A DNA stretch of 64,000 nucleotides. It comes from a virus. Shown here one piece after another: positions 49,604 through 59,913 of this stretch. The stretch is from the IMG/VR virus record IMGVR_UViG_3300032267_001484. One strand, written 5' to 3'. The notes under the pieces were generated by a model, which made no database searches, was not told where the DNA came from, and saw only the letters and a list, made by a program, of their open reading frames with translations. Position 1 is the first letter of the stretch. Each line of letters opens with the position of its first letter. The position numbers were made by a program, and so were the translations under genes.

Positions 49604-51523
49604 TTAATTAAATGCTGTTGCAATCCAATACACAGGTCCTGTTAATGCAACTGATGAATTTGAATTTATTGTAAAACTTCCTGATGTTTTATTTTGTATT
49701 GTCCATGATCTTGCATCTTCTCCTGTTACTGTTACTGCGTATAAGTTGTTAGAAAATGCACTTCCAAATGTTATTGATGATGTTCTCGGTGTTCCTGTAA
49801 ATGAAGCAGCTGATCCTGATCCTGCTTTTGCACTAGTGCCTCCACCAGGTGCCCACGATGCAGATGTAGCAAATGAGGCAGATACTGCCTGTAAAACATA
49901 CGAAGCAGTTTGAGCAGTTGTAACAAACGATGCAGTTTGAGCGGTTGTAACAAAGGATGCTGTATTGGCTGTTTGAGCTAAGGTTGCAAAAGAAGCAGAT
50001 ACAGCTTGAAGTACATATGATGCTGTAGAAGCAAAAGAAGCAGATACTGCTTGAAGAATGTATGATGATGTTACTGCGTTTGATGCCCAAGAAGCAGTAC
50101 CAAACAATGACCCAGTATAGCCTAAAGTTGCTGTTGAACTACCAGTTATAATTTCATTACCTATTACAGTTAATGATCCTGTCACTAAAACACTACCTGT
50201 TATTGTTTGGTTACCCCTAAAGGTATTTGAACCAGTTGTTGCAAATGAACTAGTTTGCGCGTTTGTTACGAACGAAGATGTTTGTGAGTTAAGCACATAA
50301 GGTGCTAACATTGATGCGGTTGCACTTGTAAGTACATAAGCTGGGGCTAGAGCAGCTGTAGCAGCAAATGATGCACTCAACACCGTCATTGACGATGTCT
50401 GTGCATTAGTTACAAACGAGGATGTCTGGTTTGATAATACTGCACTGCTTCCATTAACTGTTAAGCTACCAGTTATATCTACACTACCAGTGAATTGGTG
50501 TGTGCTAGTAGCTATGTTACTGCCAAAACGAGTAGAACCAGTAACAAAATCAATACTTGAGGTAATGGTTTGTACTACAATTGTTTGTGCTGTTAAAGTA
50601 CCTCTAACAGTAAAATTATCAGCAGAAGATGCTGTAGAGGCAAATGATGCACTTAGTACAGACATTGACGATGTTGCACTAGTAAGTACGTAGTTGGGTG
50701 CTAAGGCTGCTGTAGCGGCAAATGATGCACTTACTGCATTTAATATATAAGAAGCAGTAACAGCTTGAGAGGCATTGGTGGCAAACGATGCTGTTCCTAG
50801 TAATGAACCTGTAAATGAAGTAGCAGACACATTTCCAGACACACTAAGACCAGAATTCATTATGAATCCTGATGTATTTGTAGCTTCAAAGGTAGTAGTA
50901 GCTGATGTAGAAATTATTCTAAATCTTCTAGCAGATAGTGATTGTAATTCTAAAGCTACAGTTGCACTTCCGCCAGCATTTAAAACAGCAGGAGTTGAAG
51001 AAACAGTTGTTGTTACTGTAAGACCATTAGCACTATTTATTAATGTATCACCAGAAATTCGGCTTGTGCCATTTACATCTAATTTATAGATAGGTATATT
51101 AGTTCCGATTCCTATATTGCCAGATGAAGATACATAAAGTATATTATCAGCAACATTGCTATCTATTTCAAGTAATCCTCCAGTACTTCCTGAGATGTGT
51201 AGTAATGTTGTGGGATTTTCTAATCCAATACCAATTCTAGATTGAGAGACAAAAAGTGCTCGTTGTCCATATTGACCAATACGGACTGTATTGTCAGAAA
51301 ATGCTTCTATTATGGGTAAACCAGCAGCAGTATTAACAGAAAATAATGATCCAGAAAGTGAATCATCAACGGAAAATAAACGGCCTGATGTGCCGTCAAC
51401 AGTAAATACACTAGATCCTGAGGCATTAATTGCTAAAGCTCCAGAAATAGCGGATGAGCCACTTATATTGGCTCCACCTTGGTCTACTAATAGACCATTT
51501 TTGACTTTAAATTCGTTTGGCAT
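49604..51523 (-). CDS. fibre protein (MPNEF type)
   Basis: N-terminal MPNEF and LFSVDDSLSGSLFSV..GLPIIEAFSD module shared with the 53924 gene. Confidence 0.8.
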   Translation of the reverse strand: MPNEFKVKNGLLVDQGGANISGSSAISGALAINASGSSVFTVDGTSGRLFSVDDSLSGSLFSVNTAAGLPIIEAFSDNTVRIGQYGQRALFVSQSRIGIGLENPTTLLHISGSTGGLLEIDSNVADNILYVSSSGNIGIGTNIPIYKLDVNGTSRISGDTLINSANGLTVTTTVSSTPAVLNAGGSATVALELQSLSARRFRIISTSATTTFEATNTSGFIMNSGLSVSGNVSATSFTGSLLGTASFATNASQAVTASYILNAVSASFAATAALAPNYVLTSATSSMSVLSASFASTASSADNFTVRGTLTAQTIVVQTITSSIDFVTGSTRFGSNIATSTHQFTGSVDITGSLTVNGSSAVLSNQTSSFVTNAQTSSMTVLSASFAATAALAPAYVLTSATASMLAPYVLNSQTSSFVTNAQTSSFATTGSNTFRGNQTITGSVLVTGSLTVIGNEIITGSSTATLGYTGSLFGTASWASNAVTSSYILQAVSASFASTASYVLQAVSASFATLAQTANTASFVTTAQTASFVTTAQTASYVLQAVSASFATSASWAPGGGTSAKAGSGSAASFTGTPRTSSITFGSAFSNNLYAVTVTGEDARSWTIQNKTSGSFTINSNSSVALTGPVYWIATAFN

Positions 51524-51531
51524 GTGTATTT

Positions 51532-51553
51532 ACTGTTTTCACTTTCCGACAGC
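51532..51553 (-). promoter_or_regulatory. 5'-UTR hairpin with a GGAAAGUGAA loop
   Basis: GCUGUC-GGAAAGUGAA-AACAGU, ending 8 nt before the ATG. Confidence 0.6.
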
Positions 51554-51565
51554 TACGAATAAATA

Positions 51566-51829
51566 TTAAGACATCATACTACCTGACGGGTTAGTCCATT
51601 CTTCTGTAGCTAATATTGTTAATATTTGATCGTAAGTATAGGGTCCTTCTTTAGTTGTTAATACTTCTATTGATGATGGGATTGTTTCTCCATCCCATTT
51701 TACAAATGTTTTTGTTTCGTCTACTGATTTTCTTACTGTATCAATAGATGTTTCTAATACTTGAGTAAAGTCAACGTTTGGTAGTTCTGATACGTTGAAG
51801 ATCATGAATTCTCTGTTTTCGTATGACAT
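51566..51829 (-). CDS. small acidic partner protein (paralogue of 58938-59198)
   Basis: YENREFMIFNVSEL..DFTQVLETSIDTVRKSVD.TKTFVKWDG. Confidence 0.8.
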   Translation of the reverse strand: MSYENREFMIFNVSELPNVDFTQVLETSIDTVRKSVDETKTFVKWDGETIPSSIEVLTTKEGPYTYDQILTILATEEWTNPSGSMMS

Positions 51830-51832
51830 AGT

Positions 51833-52495
51833 TTATAAATTAAAGCGTGATTTTTGTGCGTTATAATTTTGTAGGACTTCTTGAGCTGAGAGTGCTCTGT
51901 TGTATATTTGGACAGGTCCAATATTTCCATTTATTGTATTTGTGTTGGCACCTCCAATACTAAAACCACTCCAAGCTAGTGGAGTTGTCATATTTTTACT
52001 AATTAAAAATGTGCCATTTTTATAAAATGAACCTACTCCTGATCCATAGGTAAAACAAAAAGATTGGTACACTCCGGTAAATACTATTTGACTAGTTAAA
52101 TCAGATGGAGTAATTCTTGTAGGTATATCTATTCCTACATATACTCGACCAGTAGTTGTTGTATGAAAAACAAAAAATCCCCATCCATTTGTGGCTCCTA
52201 TAAATTGATTATAATCAGTTGAAGTATTTGGTTTAATTATCCAAAATAAAGTAAATGAAGATGGTGTCCATGTAATACTAGGTATACTAACATAATCATC
52301 TACACCATCAAACACAATATTTCCTCCATTAGCACTATTATAAGTAGGTCCATTTATTAATGATCCACTATTGTTATTTCCGCTTACATCACTCCAAGTA
52401 GTTCCACTACCAGGATAAGAATTTCTATCAGCAGCATCTAATGCTAATACTAATCCGTCTGTTACTATTTTACCAAATGCGTATTGTGTTGCCAT
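51833..52495 (-). CDS. LamG/ConA-like lectin-domain protein (paralogue 6)
   Basis: GLVLALDAADRNSYPGSGTTW...FDGVDDY...IYNRALSAQEVLQNYNA. Confidence 0.88.
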   Translation of the reverse strand: MATQYAFGKIVTDGLVLALDAADRNSYPGSGTTWSDVSGNNNSGSLINGPTYNSANGGNIVFDGVDDYVSIPSITWTPSSFTLFWIIKPNTSTDYNQFIGATNGWGFFVFHTTTTGRVYVGIDIPTRITPSDLTSQIVFTGVYQSFCFTYGSGVGSFYKNGTFLISKNMTTPLAWSGFSIGGANTNTINGNIGPVQIYNRALSAQEVLQNYNAQKSRFNL

Positions 52496-52499
52496 AACT

Positions 52500-53252
52500 T
52501 TATAGATTGAATCTTGATTTTTGTGCGTTGTAATTTTGTAGGATTTCTGATGCTGAGAGGGCCCGGTTGTAGATTTGAACTATAGAAATATTAGCCTCTA
52601 TAGGATATGGAGAGATAGAAACGTCGGATTCTGATGCTATACATAAAGTTCTAGCATTACTGACATTTCCCACAGTCGCAAAAGATGCAGCTCCTACATA
52701 AGACTGTAAAGTTTGGGTAACAGCGTTTAGATAAATAGAAACATTAGATTGTGTTCTAATTCCAACAACTGTAGCCATTTGCCATAATCCATTTCTAATA
52801 TTTGCGCCTGAGGTTTGTATTGAATATGATCCATTTGCACCCCAACTACCATTTACACTAGCTATACCGAATCCTAAATTAGTTCCATTAGATCCATTAT
52901 TAACTAACCATCCATAATCAGAAGTAGGATTATCACCTATTGATTTTGCTATGAATGTACTTGGAAATGTTGGTTCTGTTGTTTTAAAAAAAAAGTTAAT
53001 AGTAAAATCTGATGTTCCGAAATTACCTACTGTGTTATTTATACTAGCATAATCATCAACTCCATCAAACACAATGCTACCACCATTAGTAGAGCTGAAT
53101 GTAGGTCCATTAGTTAAAGTTCCATTGTTATTATTAGCAGTTAAATCTGTCCAAGTAGTACCACTACCAGGATAGCTATTCCTATCAGCAGCATCCAGCT
53201 CTAATACTAAGCTACTATCTCTTACTATATATGGTCCACCTGATACTCCCAT
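52500..53252 (-). CDS. LamG/ConA-like lectin-domain protein (paralogue 5)
   Basis: Same conserved termini as the other paralogues. Confidence 0.88.
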   Translation of the reverse strand: MGVSGGPYIVRDSSLVLELDAADRNSYPGSGTTWTDLTANNNNGTLTNGPTFSSTNGGSIVFDGVDDYASINNTVGNFGTSDFTINFFFKTTEPTFPSTFIAKSIGDNPTSDYGWLVNNGSNGTNLGFGIASVNGSWGANGSYSIQTSGANIRNGLWQMATVVGIRTQSNVSIYLNAVTQTLQSYVGAASFATVGNVSNARTLCIASESDVSISPYPIEANISIVQIYNRALSASEILQNYNAQKSRFNL

Positions 53253-53254
53253 AG

Positions 53255-53914
53255 TTATAAGCCGAATCTTGTTTTAGTTGCGTTGTAATTTTGTAGGACT
53301 TCCTGTGGTGATAAAGCACGGTTGTATATTTGAACATTGGCTATATTACCAAGAAAAAAAGAATTTATCACTGGGGAGTTTCCTATATAGACGTCGTTAC
53401 TATCTATTCCAACAGTGCTTCCTGCAGTTGTGGAATTTATAATTCCATTAAAGTATACATTTTTTGAAGTACTATTTATAGTTCCTACTATATTGCACCA
53501 TATAGGATCTCCAATTGTAGGTATTGTTGTTGAAAGTAATTGACTTCCATTTGTCCAAAAAGCAAACTGTTTAACGTTAGGAGCAATATTCATGTAGTAT
53601 GAAGATATATAACTTTTTCCTATTACAATTTGATTTAGATTTGTTGTTGTACGAATCCATGCTGATAGTGTAAGAGTTGTTAAGTCTAAAGAAGCCGGCT
53701 TACCTAGATTAACAATATCATCAACACCATCAAACACAATACTACCCAAATTAGCACTACTAAAAGTAGGTCCATTAGTTAAACTACCACTATTGTTATT
53801 TCCAGATACATCAAACCAAGTAGTTCCACTACCAGGATAAGAATTTCTATCAGCAGCATCTAAAGATAATACTAACCCATTAGTAACTATTCTAGGTCCA
53901 TTCCCAAATCCCAT
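53255..53914 (-). CDS. LamG/ConA-like lectin-domain protein (paralogue 4)
   Basis: Same conserved termini as the other paralogues. Confidence 0.88.
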   Translation of the reverse strand: MGFGNGPRIVTNGLVLSLDAADRNSYPGSGTTWFDVSGNNNSGSLTNGPTFSSANLGSIVFDGVDDIVNLGKPASLDLTTLTLSAWIRTTTNLNQIVIGKSYISSYYMNIAPNVKQFAFWTNGSQLLSTTIPTIGDPIWCNIVGTINSTSKNVYFNGIINSTTAGSTVGIDSNDVYIGNSPVINSFFLGNIANVQIYNRALSPQEVLQNYNATKTRFGL

Positions 53915-53923
53915 ATAACAATT

Positions 53924-56900
53924 TTATAATAAATTAGCAATAGATTTTACTGTCCATGAACCAGGAGCTGTAAAGTTAAGGTTTACATTTGCTCCTGATA
54001 ATACTACAGCAAATGAAGCTGTAGCTGTATTTCCTATATCTGTAGTTGTTACTTCAGTATATCTAACTGTTGTTCCGTTCCATACAGACATTACTTGACC
54101 TGATCTTGCATTTGAAGCGGAAGCAATTGTATAGTTGTAGAAACAAGATGTATATGATCCTGTTGCTAATGACGATACAGTTGTTGTACCGGCTGCTGTT
54201 ACAGATGAGGTATTATTGAATTGAGATGAGCCAATTGTGAATTGATTCGCATATGAAGCGGTTGCAGCATACGATGCACTTACTGCATTTAGTACATATG
54301 ATGCTGTGGCTACAGACATAGATCCTGTCTGATTACTCAACACTACTGCACTTCCATTAACAACTAGGCTACCACTTACACTTACACTTCCTGTAAATTG
54401 ATGTGTGTTTGTAATTATACTGCCAAAACGGGTAGAACCAGTAACAAAATCAACACTTGAAGTAATGGTTTGTACTACAATTGTTTGTGCTGTAAGTGTT
54501 CCTGCTACCGTAAAGTTATCAGCATATGATGCTGTTACAGCAGATTTTACAGACATAGATGATGTCTGTGATGTTAGCACGTATGGAGCCAACATTGATG
54601 ATGTTACACTAGTTAACACATATGGTTGTAACATTGATCCTGTAGCACTAGTCAAAACATAGTTAGGTGCTAATGCAGCAGTTGCTGCAAATGAAGCACT
54701 TAATACAGACATTGAAGATGTCTGTGAAGTTAATACATACGGTGCTAACATTGATGATGTTGCACTTGTAAGTACATATAAAGGAGCAAACGAAGCTGTA
54801 GAAGCAAGTGAAGCGGTTCCAGTTAAGTTTGCAACTACATTTGATGATACATTTAATGTTCCTGAAATTGAATAGTTACCAACTAGTGTTTTAGAGTTAA
54901 TCCATTGTGATCCATTATAATATAATAAATCACCTGCTACTCTACCTGCTGCATCTACATCAGATAAACCCTCTAATGTAATTGGTACTGGAGCAGTGCC
55001 TGATGATCCTACACCACCCACAGATCTGAATAATCCTCCTGGGATGATTGTTGTTTCATCGGCATTTAATAAGTCTCTTCCACTACCACCTTCAATAATA
55101 ATATATCCTAAGAATATAGCGTTTATTGCTGTATTTGGAGCCTCTACAAATGGTTCAGAATCTTTAGCATTTACAGCGTTTAATAGAGTAGAATACTTAG
55201 CATTGCCGTAGTAAACTATAAATGCGTTTGTCGGTGAGTTTGGAATCCAGAATACTCTTTGAATACTCCAGTTACTATTACCTACAGTAGCTAAATTACC
55301 TGTTGTTGTATTAACATATTGAGTATTATCAATAGTTGTATAACCAGCAGCACTAACACCAGTATCAATTACTGGGGTAGATCCTGAAATATAATAGCGA
55401 TATATTTTAGATGTATTAATAGCATTTTCTACTGTTGTAGAAGGATGGTTTGCATTAAAACGATAGTTAGCACCTTCTTTATAAGCAGTACCACCTGTTT
55501 TAATAATACTTAATGTTGGTGAGCTACCACTAGGTGATAAAACATGTCCTGATATTTTTAATGGTCCGAATGCTCTAAAGAAGTCATCTGCTTTTTGTGG
55601 TTGACCATATGATATTTGAGGAGCACTAAATACACCTGTAGATACACTACCTGATAAGTGTAATACAACACCTAAATTAATTTGAGTATCAAATTGATTA
55701 ATATCAGTAGAACCCCAAGGTACTGTTTGTTGAACAGGTGTTCCTGTATTATCTATACCAACATAAGTTAATTTAGCTGACCCGGAATTGGTAATTGGAA
55801 TGTTTGTTAAATTATCCCAAGTTACATATTGTACTGTTGGATAGGGACTGCTTGATGTAGAGGCATTTTGTGTTACAATAATACCACTACCAGAACTAAT
55901 ATTCCATGTAGTTGATCCTATGGATGATGATATCACACCACCGTTTAATATACCTGTATATAAACCGGATTCTAACCAACGTAAACGAGTTGTATTTGCA
56001 TACCCGGATCCATTTTGGGAGAAATATAAGTCATTTGTAGATCCACTTACATAAATGTAAGATGCAGATATTGAAGTATCTATAGTTCTACCTATAGGAT
56101 TAAATCTAGTAACACCCGTAAATTGAGTATCTCCATAAATTTGAATAGTTGGAGTTGATGGATTTTCTGATCCTGACATTATAATACTGCCTGTTAATAC
56201 AGTATTACCAATTAAAGTATTATTACCAATTTGAGTAGTAGAACCAGTAATTAATAATGATCCTGTAATTGTAGTTGATGTATTACGGAAAATTGTTGTA
56301 CCAAATATAGTAGTAGACCCACTAATATTAACACTACCACTTAAAACAGTATTTCCTGTTAATGTATTATTGCCTGTTTGGGTAGTAGAACCAGAAACTA
56401 ATAAACTACCAGTTATTGTTACTACTTGACATAATGGATTTACATATGAAGCTGTTTGAGAATTAATTGCATTAGAGGCATTTGATGCAGATTCTGCGTA
56501 TAATGCATAAGAAGCAGTAGCAACAGAACCGGATTGAGATACAGTTACGTTAAATGTACTTCCATCACCTTTAGTGAAGGTGATTGTTGTATTTACAGCG
56601 GATGCTGTTACTAAAAATGAACCCGTATTTACTGTTGCTCCACCAGCATTTAGTGCATAAGAGGCAGTTATTGCATATGATGCACTTAATACAGACATTG
56701 AAGATGTCTGTGAAGTAAGTACATATGGTTGCAACATTGAGCTAGTTGTACTTGTAAGTACATATAATGGTGCCAATGCAGCAGTTGCTGCAAAAGATGC
56801 ACTTACTGCATTAAGAATATAAGATGATGTTAATGCGTTTTGTGCCCAAGACGCAGTGCCAAATAGTGATCCTGTTATTACAGGAGCATTAAGAGAACCA

Positions 56901-58228
56901 GTTATACTTACACTACCAGTAACAGTCATATTACCAGCAAATCTGCTAGATCCAGATACTTGAAGACGTTCACCAGAATCAGATGTTGAGCCTATTGCAA
57001 GATTGCCTGTTGAGAATAGCCGCATTCTTGAATTTGCAGTAATAGCAAAATCTATTGTATTAAGATTTAGAGTATCTATTCCTGTTGGAGTTAACACCAA
57101 AATAGAATTACCACCTGTTGGACTTTGAATCCACATGCCACTATTGCTATATATATGCAAAGGTCTTTGTGGTGCATTAGTACCAATACCTAAACTACCA
57201 GATAAGAAGTTTGGAGCCGTACCAGAACCATATAATCCCCAAGATGCGGATGGTGATGTTGCGGCATTGTTTGACCATTCAATACTTCTCCAATCAGCAG
57301 CAGCGGTTAAGGTAGGATTAACGTACAATCCACGGGTAATGCCTGTAGCTCCAGAAGATTGACTAATAATCGGAGATAGTAATAATTGAGTATTAGTGGC
57401 GCTTCCTCCAACAGGATTAAACGTTTGATTTATAGTAGCAACTGTACTAGATATTACATTTATTGCCGGAAGAAAACTAAAAGTTATTCCACCACCAGTA
57501 CCTTGAGGGTGGTTGAAAATAAAACCTCCAACATTTGCTGAGCTCCAAGATCCTAATATTTGCGCTGCTTGATATTCATCTACATTTTGATATCTTAATA
57601 ACGATACTGATGAGCCGTTATTTGTTCCACCTATTCTTTGTTGAATAGTAATAACTGGTGTAGTCTGCGATGCAACAACACTCATTAACTGAGTACCATC
57701 AATGGTCAAACTCCCAGTTATACCTACACTACCTGTAAATTGATGGGTATTTGATAATAAGCTTCCAAAACGTGTAGATCCAGTTACGAAATCAGTAGAT
57801 GATGTAATTGTTTGAGCTACAATCGTTTGAGCAGTTAATGTACCTCTTACAGTAAAGTTATCTGCTGAAGAGGCAGTTGCAGCATATGAGGCACTAACTA
57901 CAGAGCCAAGTAAAGTTTGAGCTGTTAAAGCATAAGATGATGTTACTGCATTATTTGCCCAACTTGCAGTACCTAATAGACTTCCTGTAATTCGGGCAAA
58001 GCTTCCAGAGACTTTAATAGCCTCTGCATTAAACGTTCCTATGTTTACGGTATCGTCTGAGAAAGCCTCCATTACGGGGATACCTGAAATATCTTTTACT
58101 GAAAAAAGAGAACCTGACAAAGAGTCTGTTATTGAAAACAATTGTCCTTGGGAACCTTGTACGTCAAGTATTACTGAGCCAGAACCATTTACAATGAGTT
58201 TTTTTCTAACTCTGAATTCGTTTGCCAT
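53924..58228 (-). CDS. 1434-aa mosaic fibre protein (MANEF type)
   Basis: Shared fibre modules; C-terminal domain homologous to that of the 60608 gene. Confidence 0.82.
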   Translation of the reverse strand: MANEFRVRKKLIVNGSGSVILDVQGSQGQLFSITDSLSGSLFSVKDISGIPVMEAFSDDTVNIGTFNAEAIKVSGSFARITGSLLGTASWANNAVTSSYALTAQTLLGSVVSASYAATASSADNFTVRGTLTAQTIVAQTITSSTDFVTGSTRFGSLLSNTHQFTGSVGITGSLTIDGTQLMSVVASQTTPVITIQQRIGGTNNGSSVSLLRYQNVDEYQAAQILGSWSSANVGGFIFNHPQGTGGGITFSFLPAINVISSTVATINQTFNPVGGSATNTQLLLSPIISQSSGATGITRGLYVNPTLTAAADWRSIEWSNNAATSPSASWGLYGSGTAPNFLSGSLGIGTNAPQRPLHIYSNSGMWIQSPTGGNSILVLTPTGIDTLNLNTIDFAITANSRMRLFSTGNLAIGSTSDSGERLQVSGSSRFAGNMTVTGSVSITGSLNAPVITGSLFGTASWAQNALTSSYILNAVSASFAATAALAPLYVLTSTTSSMLQPYVLTSQTSSMSVLSASYAITASYALNAGGATVNTGSFLVTASAVNTTITFTKGDGSTFNVTVSQSGSVATASYALYAESASNASNAINSQTASYVNPLCQVVTITGSLLVSGSTTQTGNNTLTGNTVLSGSVNISGSTTIFGTTIFRNTSTTITGSLLITGSTTQIGNNTLIGNTVLTGSIIMSGSENPSTPTIQIYGDTQFTGVTRFNPIGRTIDTSISASYIYVSGSTNDLYFSQNGSGYANTTRLRWLESGLYTGILNGGVISSSIGSTTWNISSGSGIIVTQNASTSSSPYPTVQYVTWDNLTNIPITNSGSAKLTYVGIDNTGTPVQQTVPWGSTDINQFDTQINLGVVLHLSGSVSTGVFSAPQISYGQPQKADDFFRAFGPLKISGHVLSPSGSSPTLSIIKTGGTAYKEGANYRFNANHPSTTVENAINTSKIYRYYISGSTPVIDTGVSAAGYTTIDNTQYVNTTTGNLATVGNSNWSIQRVFWIPNSPTNAFIVYYGNAKYSTLLNAVNAKDSEPFVEAPNTAINAIFLGYIIIEGGSGRDLLNADETTIIPGGLFRSVGGVGSSGTAPVPITLEGLSDVDAAGRVAGDLLYYNGSQWINSKTLVGNYSISGTLNVSSNVVANLTGTASLASTASFAPLYVLTSATSSMLAPYVLTSQTSSMSVLSASFAATAALAPNYVLTSATGSMLQPYVLTSVTSSMLAPYVLTSQTSSMSVKSAVTASYADNFTVAGTLTAQTIVVQTITSSVDFVTGSTRFGSIITNTHQFTGSVSVSGSLVVNGSAVVLSNQTGSMSVATASYVLNAVSASYAATASYANQFTIGSSQFNNTSSVTAAGTTTVSSLATGSYTSCFYNYTIASASNARSGQVMSVWNGTTVRYTEVTTTDIGNTATASFAVVLSGANVNLNFTAPGSWTVKSIANLL
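56952..57192 (-). repeat. 241-bp near-identical repeat, copy 1 (copy 2 at 62826-63066)
   Basis: Ungapped match; about a dozen differences, almost all synonymous. Confidence 0.9.
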
Positions 58229-58236
58229 AATTTTAT

Positions 58237-58258
58237 CCTTTTTTCATGTTCCAAAAGG
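58237..58258 (-). promoter_or_regulatory. 5'-UTR hairpin with a GGAACAUGAA loop
   Basis: CCUUUU-GGAACAUGAA-AAAAGG, ending 8 nt before the ATG. Confidence 0.65.
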
Positions 58259-58264
58259 TCGACA

Positions 58265-58272
58265 ATAAATAT
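58265..58272 (-). promoter_or_regulatory. putative late promoter core ATATTTAT (representative of about 16 copies)
   Basis: Also at 6904, 11843, 13963, 18738, 19436, 27471, 30332, 31374, 31952, 33712, 34819, 43272, 45663, 49108 and 51559, each just upstream of a start codon. Confidence 0.75.
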
Positions 58273-58284
58273 GTACATATCAAG

Positions 58285-58938
58285 CTATAGTCCGTATCTT
58301 GATTTTAAGGCTTCGTAGTTTTGTAGGACTTCTGTTGCTGGTAGGACTCGATTGTATACTTTTAAACAGTATAAATTTCCTGTAAGTTGTTCATTAAATC
58401 CATTAACATCACTTCCTATTCTAAAATTAATATTTGATGGAATATTCCCTGTTAGAGTACCAGTATTATTTAATAGTCCATTTATATATAATCTAACATT
58501 TCCTGATCCATCCCTTGTTGCTGCCATATGATATGTTCCTAGTGGTAATGGTGCGTTTACTACATATACGGCACCATTTATCCAAATACCATATCGTCCA
58601 GCAAACCAAACTCCTAAACCATATCCGTTTCCATAATTTGTAAAAATAGCTCCGTTTGAAGCTCCTGTCGTTTTATAAAAAGACTCAATAGTAAAAGGAT
58701 TTGTGCCTGCTATTATATTATTACTGTTTAAATCAGCGTAGTCATTAGTTCCATCAAAGACTATACTGCCACCATTAGCAGAATCAAAAGTAGGTCCATT
58801 CACTAATGATCCGCTATTTCTATTCCCGCTAACATCATTCCAAATAGTGGATCCAGGAACATAAGACCTTCTATTAGCTGCGTCTAAAGCTAAGACTAGT
58901 CCGTTGGTTATTATATTTGATCCTCCTATCGTAGCCAT
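58285..58938 (-). CDS. LamG/ConA-like lectin-domain protein (paralogue 3)
   Basis: Same conserved termini as the other paralogues. Confidence 0.88.
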   Translation of the reverse strand: MATIGGSNIITNGLVLALDAANRRSYVPGSTIWNDVSGNRNSGSLVNGPTFDSANGGSIVFDGTNDYADLNSNNIIAGTNPFTIESFYKTTGASNGAIFTNYGNGYGLGVWFAGRYGIWINGAVYVVNAPLPLGTYHMAATRDGSGNVRLYINGLLNNTGTLTGNIPSNINFRIGSDVNGFNEQLTGNLYCLKVYNRVLPATEVLQNYEALKSRYGL

Positions 58939-59198
58939 TAGGGCATCATTGGGTTTGGATCAGTCCATTCTGGTGTAGCTAGTATTGCTAGGATCTCATC
59001 ATAAGTGTAAGGTCCTTCTTTTGTAGTTAGTCCTTGTACTGATGATGGGATTTCTTGTCCATCCCACTTTACGAAGGTCTTGGTTTGATCTACTGATTTG
59101 CGAACAGTATCAATAGACGTTTCTAATACTTGAGTAAAATCGATCTGATCTAGTTCAGATACGTTAAAGATCATGAATTCTCTGTTTTCGTATATCAT
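58938..59198 (-). CDS. small acidic partner protein (paralogue of 51566-51829)
   Basis: Start at 59198 (MIYENREF) by alignment with its paralogue; roughly three-quarters identical. Confidence 0.8.
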   Translation of the reverse strand: MIYENREFMIFNVSELDQIDFTQVLETSIDTVRKSVDQTKTFVKWDGQEIPSSVQGLTTKEGPYTYDEILAILATPEWTDPNPMMP

Positions 59199-59199
59199 A

Positions 59200-59910
59200 T
59201 TATTCTGGGTTATATCGTGATTTTTGTCCTTCGTAGTTTTGGAAGATTTCTGTTGCTGAGAGTGCTCTATTATATATTTGAAAATTATATATATTACCAT
59301 CCATAATATCTGCTCCAGCTCTATATCCTATTTGAGTATTTCCCACATCATATGCTAAACTAACGTTTCCATCTGTTTGACCAGCATAAGATACTTCTAA
59401 TCCATTATAGTATAATTTTATGTTGCTGTCTCCAGCATTAACTGTTGCAGTTATCATAAAAATTCTGTTTGCTGTTATGTATCCTGTTGTTGATATTGCA
59501 AATTTTTGATCATTCCCAAGTGATATAAAAAAATCAGATCCATTATTCCCGGATGCAGTTATAAAAAATCCTTTACCGGCACTGTAAGGATAACAATTAC
59601 TTATTAGTGTTATTCTATTACCAAAACTTGTCGGTTGAGGAGTTGTTTTATTTAATCTAATCCAAGCATTTACTGTAAATCTGTTAGATACATTTACATT
59701 TAAAGCAGTAACTACAAAATCATCGACTCCATCAAACACAATACTCCCTAAATTAGCAGAATTAAATGTAGGTCCATTAATTAAAGTACCATTATTCCTA
59801 TTTCCGCTTAAATCTCTCCACGTTGTAGAACCATTAACGTATGATTTTACATTAGCAGCATCTAATGATAGTACTAATCCATTTGTTATTGTATTGGGTC
59901 CTGTAAACAT
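59200..59910 (-). CDS. LamG/ConA-like lectin-domain protein (paralogue 2)
   Basis: Same conserved termini as the other paralogues. Confidence 0.88.
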   Translation of the reverse strand: MFTGPNTITNGLVLSLDAANVKSYVNGSTTWRDLSGNRNNGTLINGPTFNSANLGSIVFDGVDDFVVTALNVNVSNRFTVNAWIRLNKTTPQPTSFGNRITLISNCYPYSAGKGFFITASGNNGSDFFISLGNDQKFAISTTGYITANRIFMITATVNAGDSNIKLYYNGLEVSYAGQTDGNVSLAYDVGNTQIGYRAGADIMDGNIYNFQIYNRALSATEIFQNYEGQKSRYNPE

Positions 59911-59913
59911 TTA

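Noticed and set aside
59199-59300. N-terminal extension of the 120-aa ORF
   Set aside because: Overlaps the upstream LamG gene; its paralogue shows the start is at 59198
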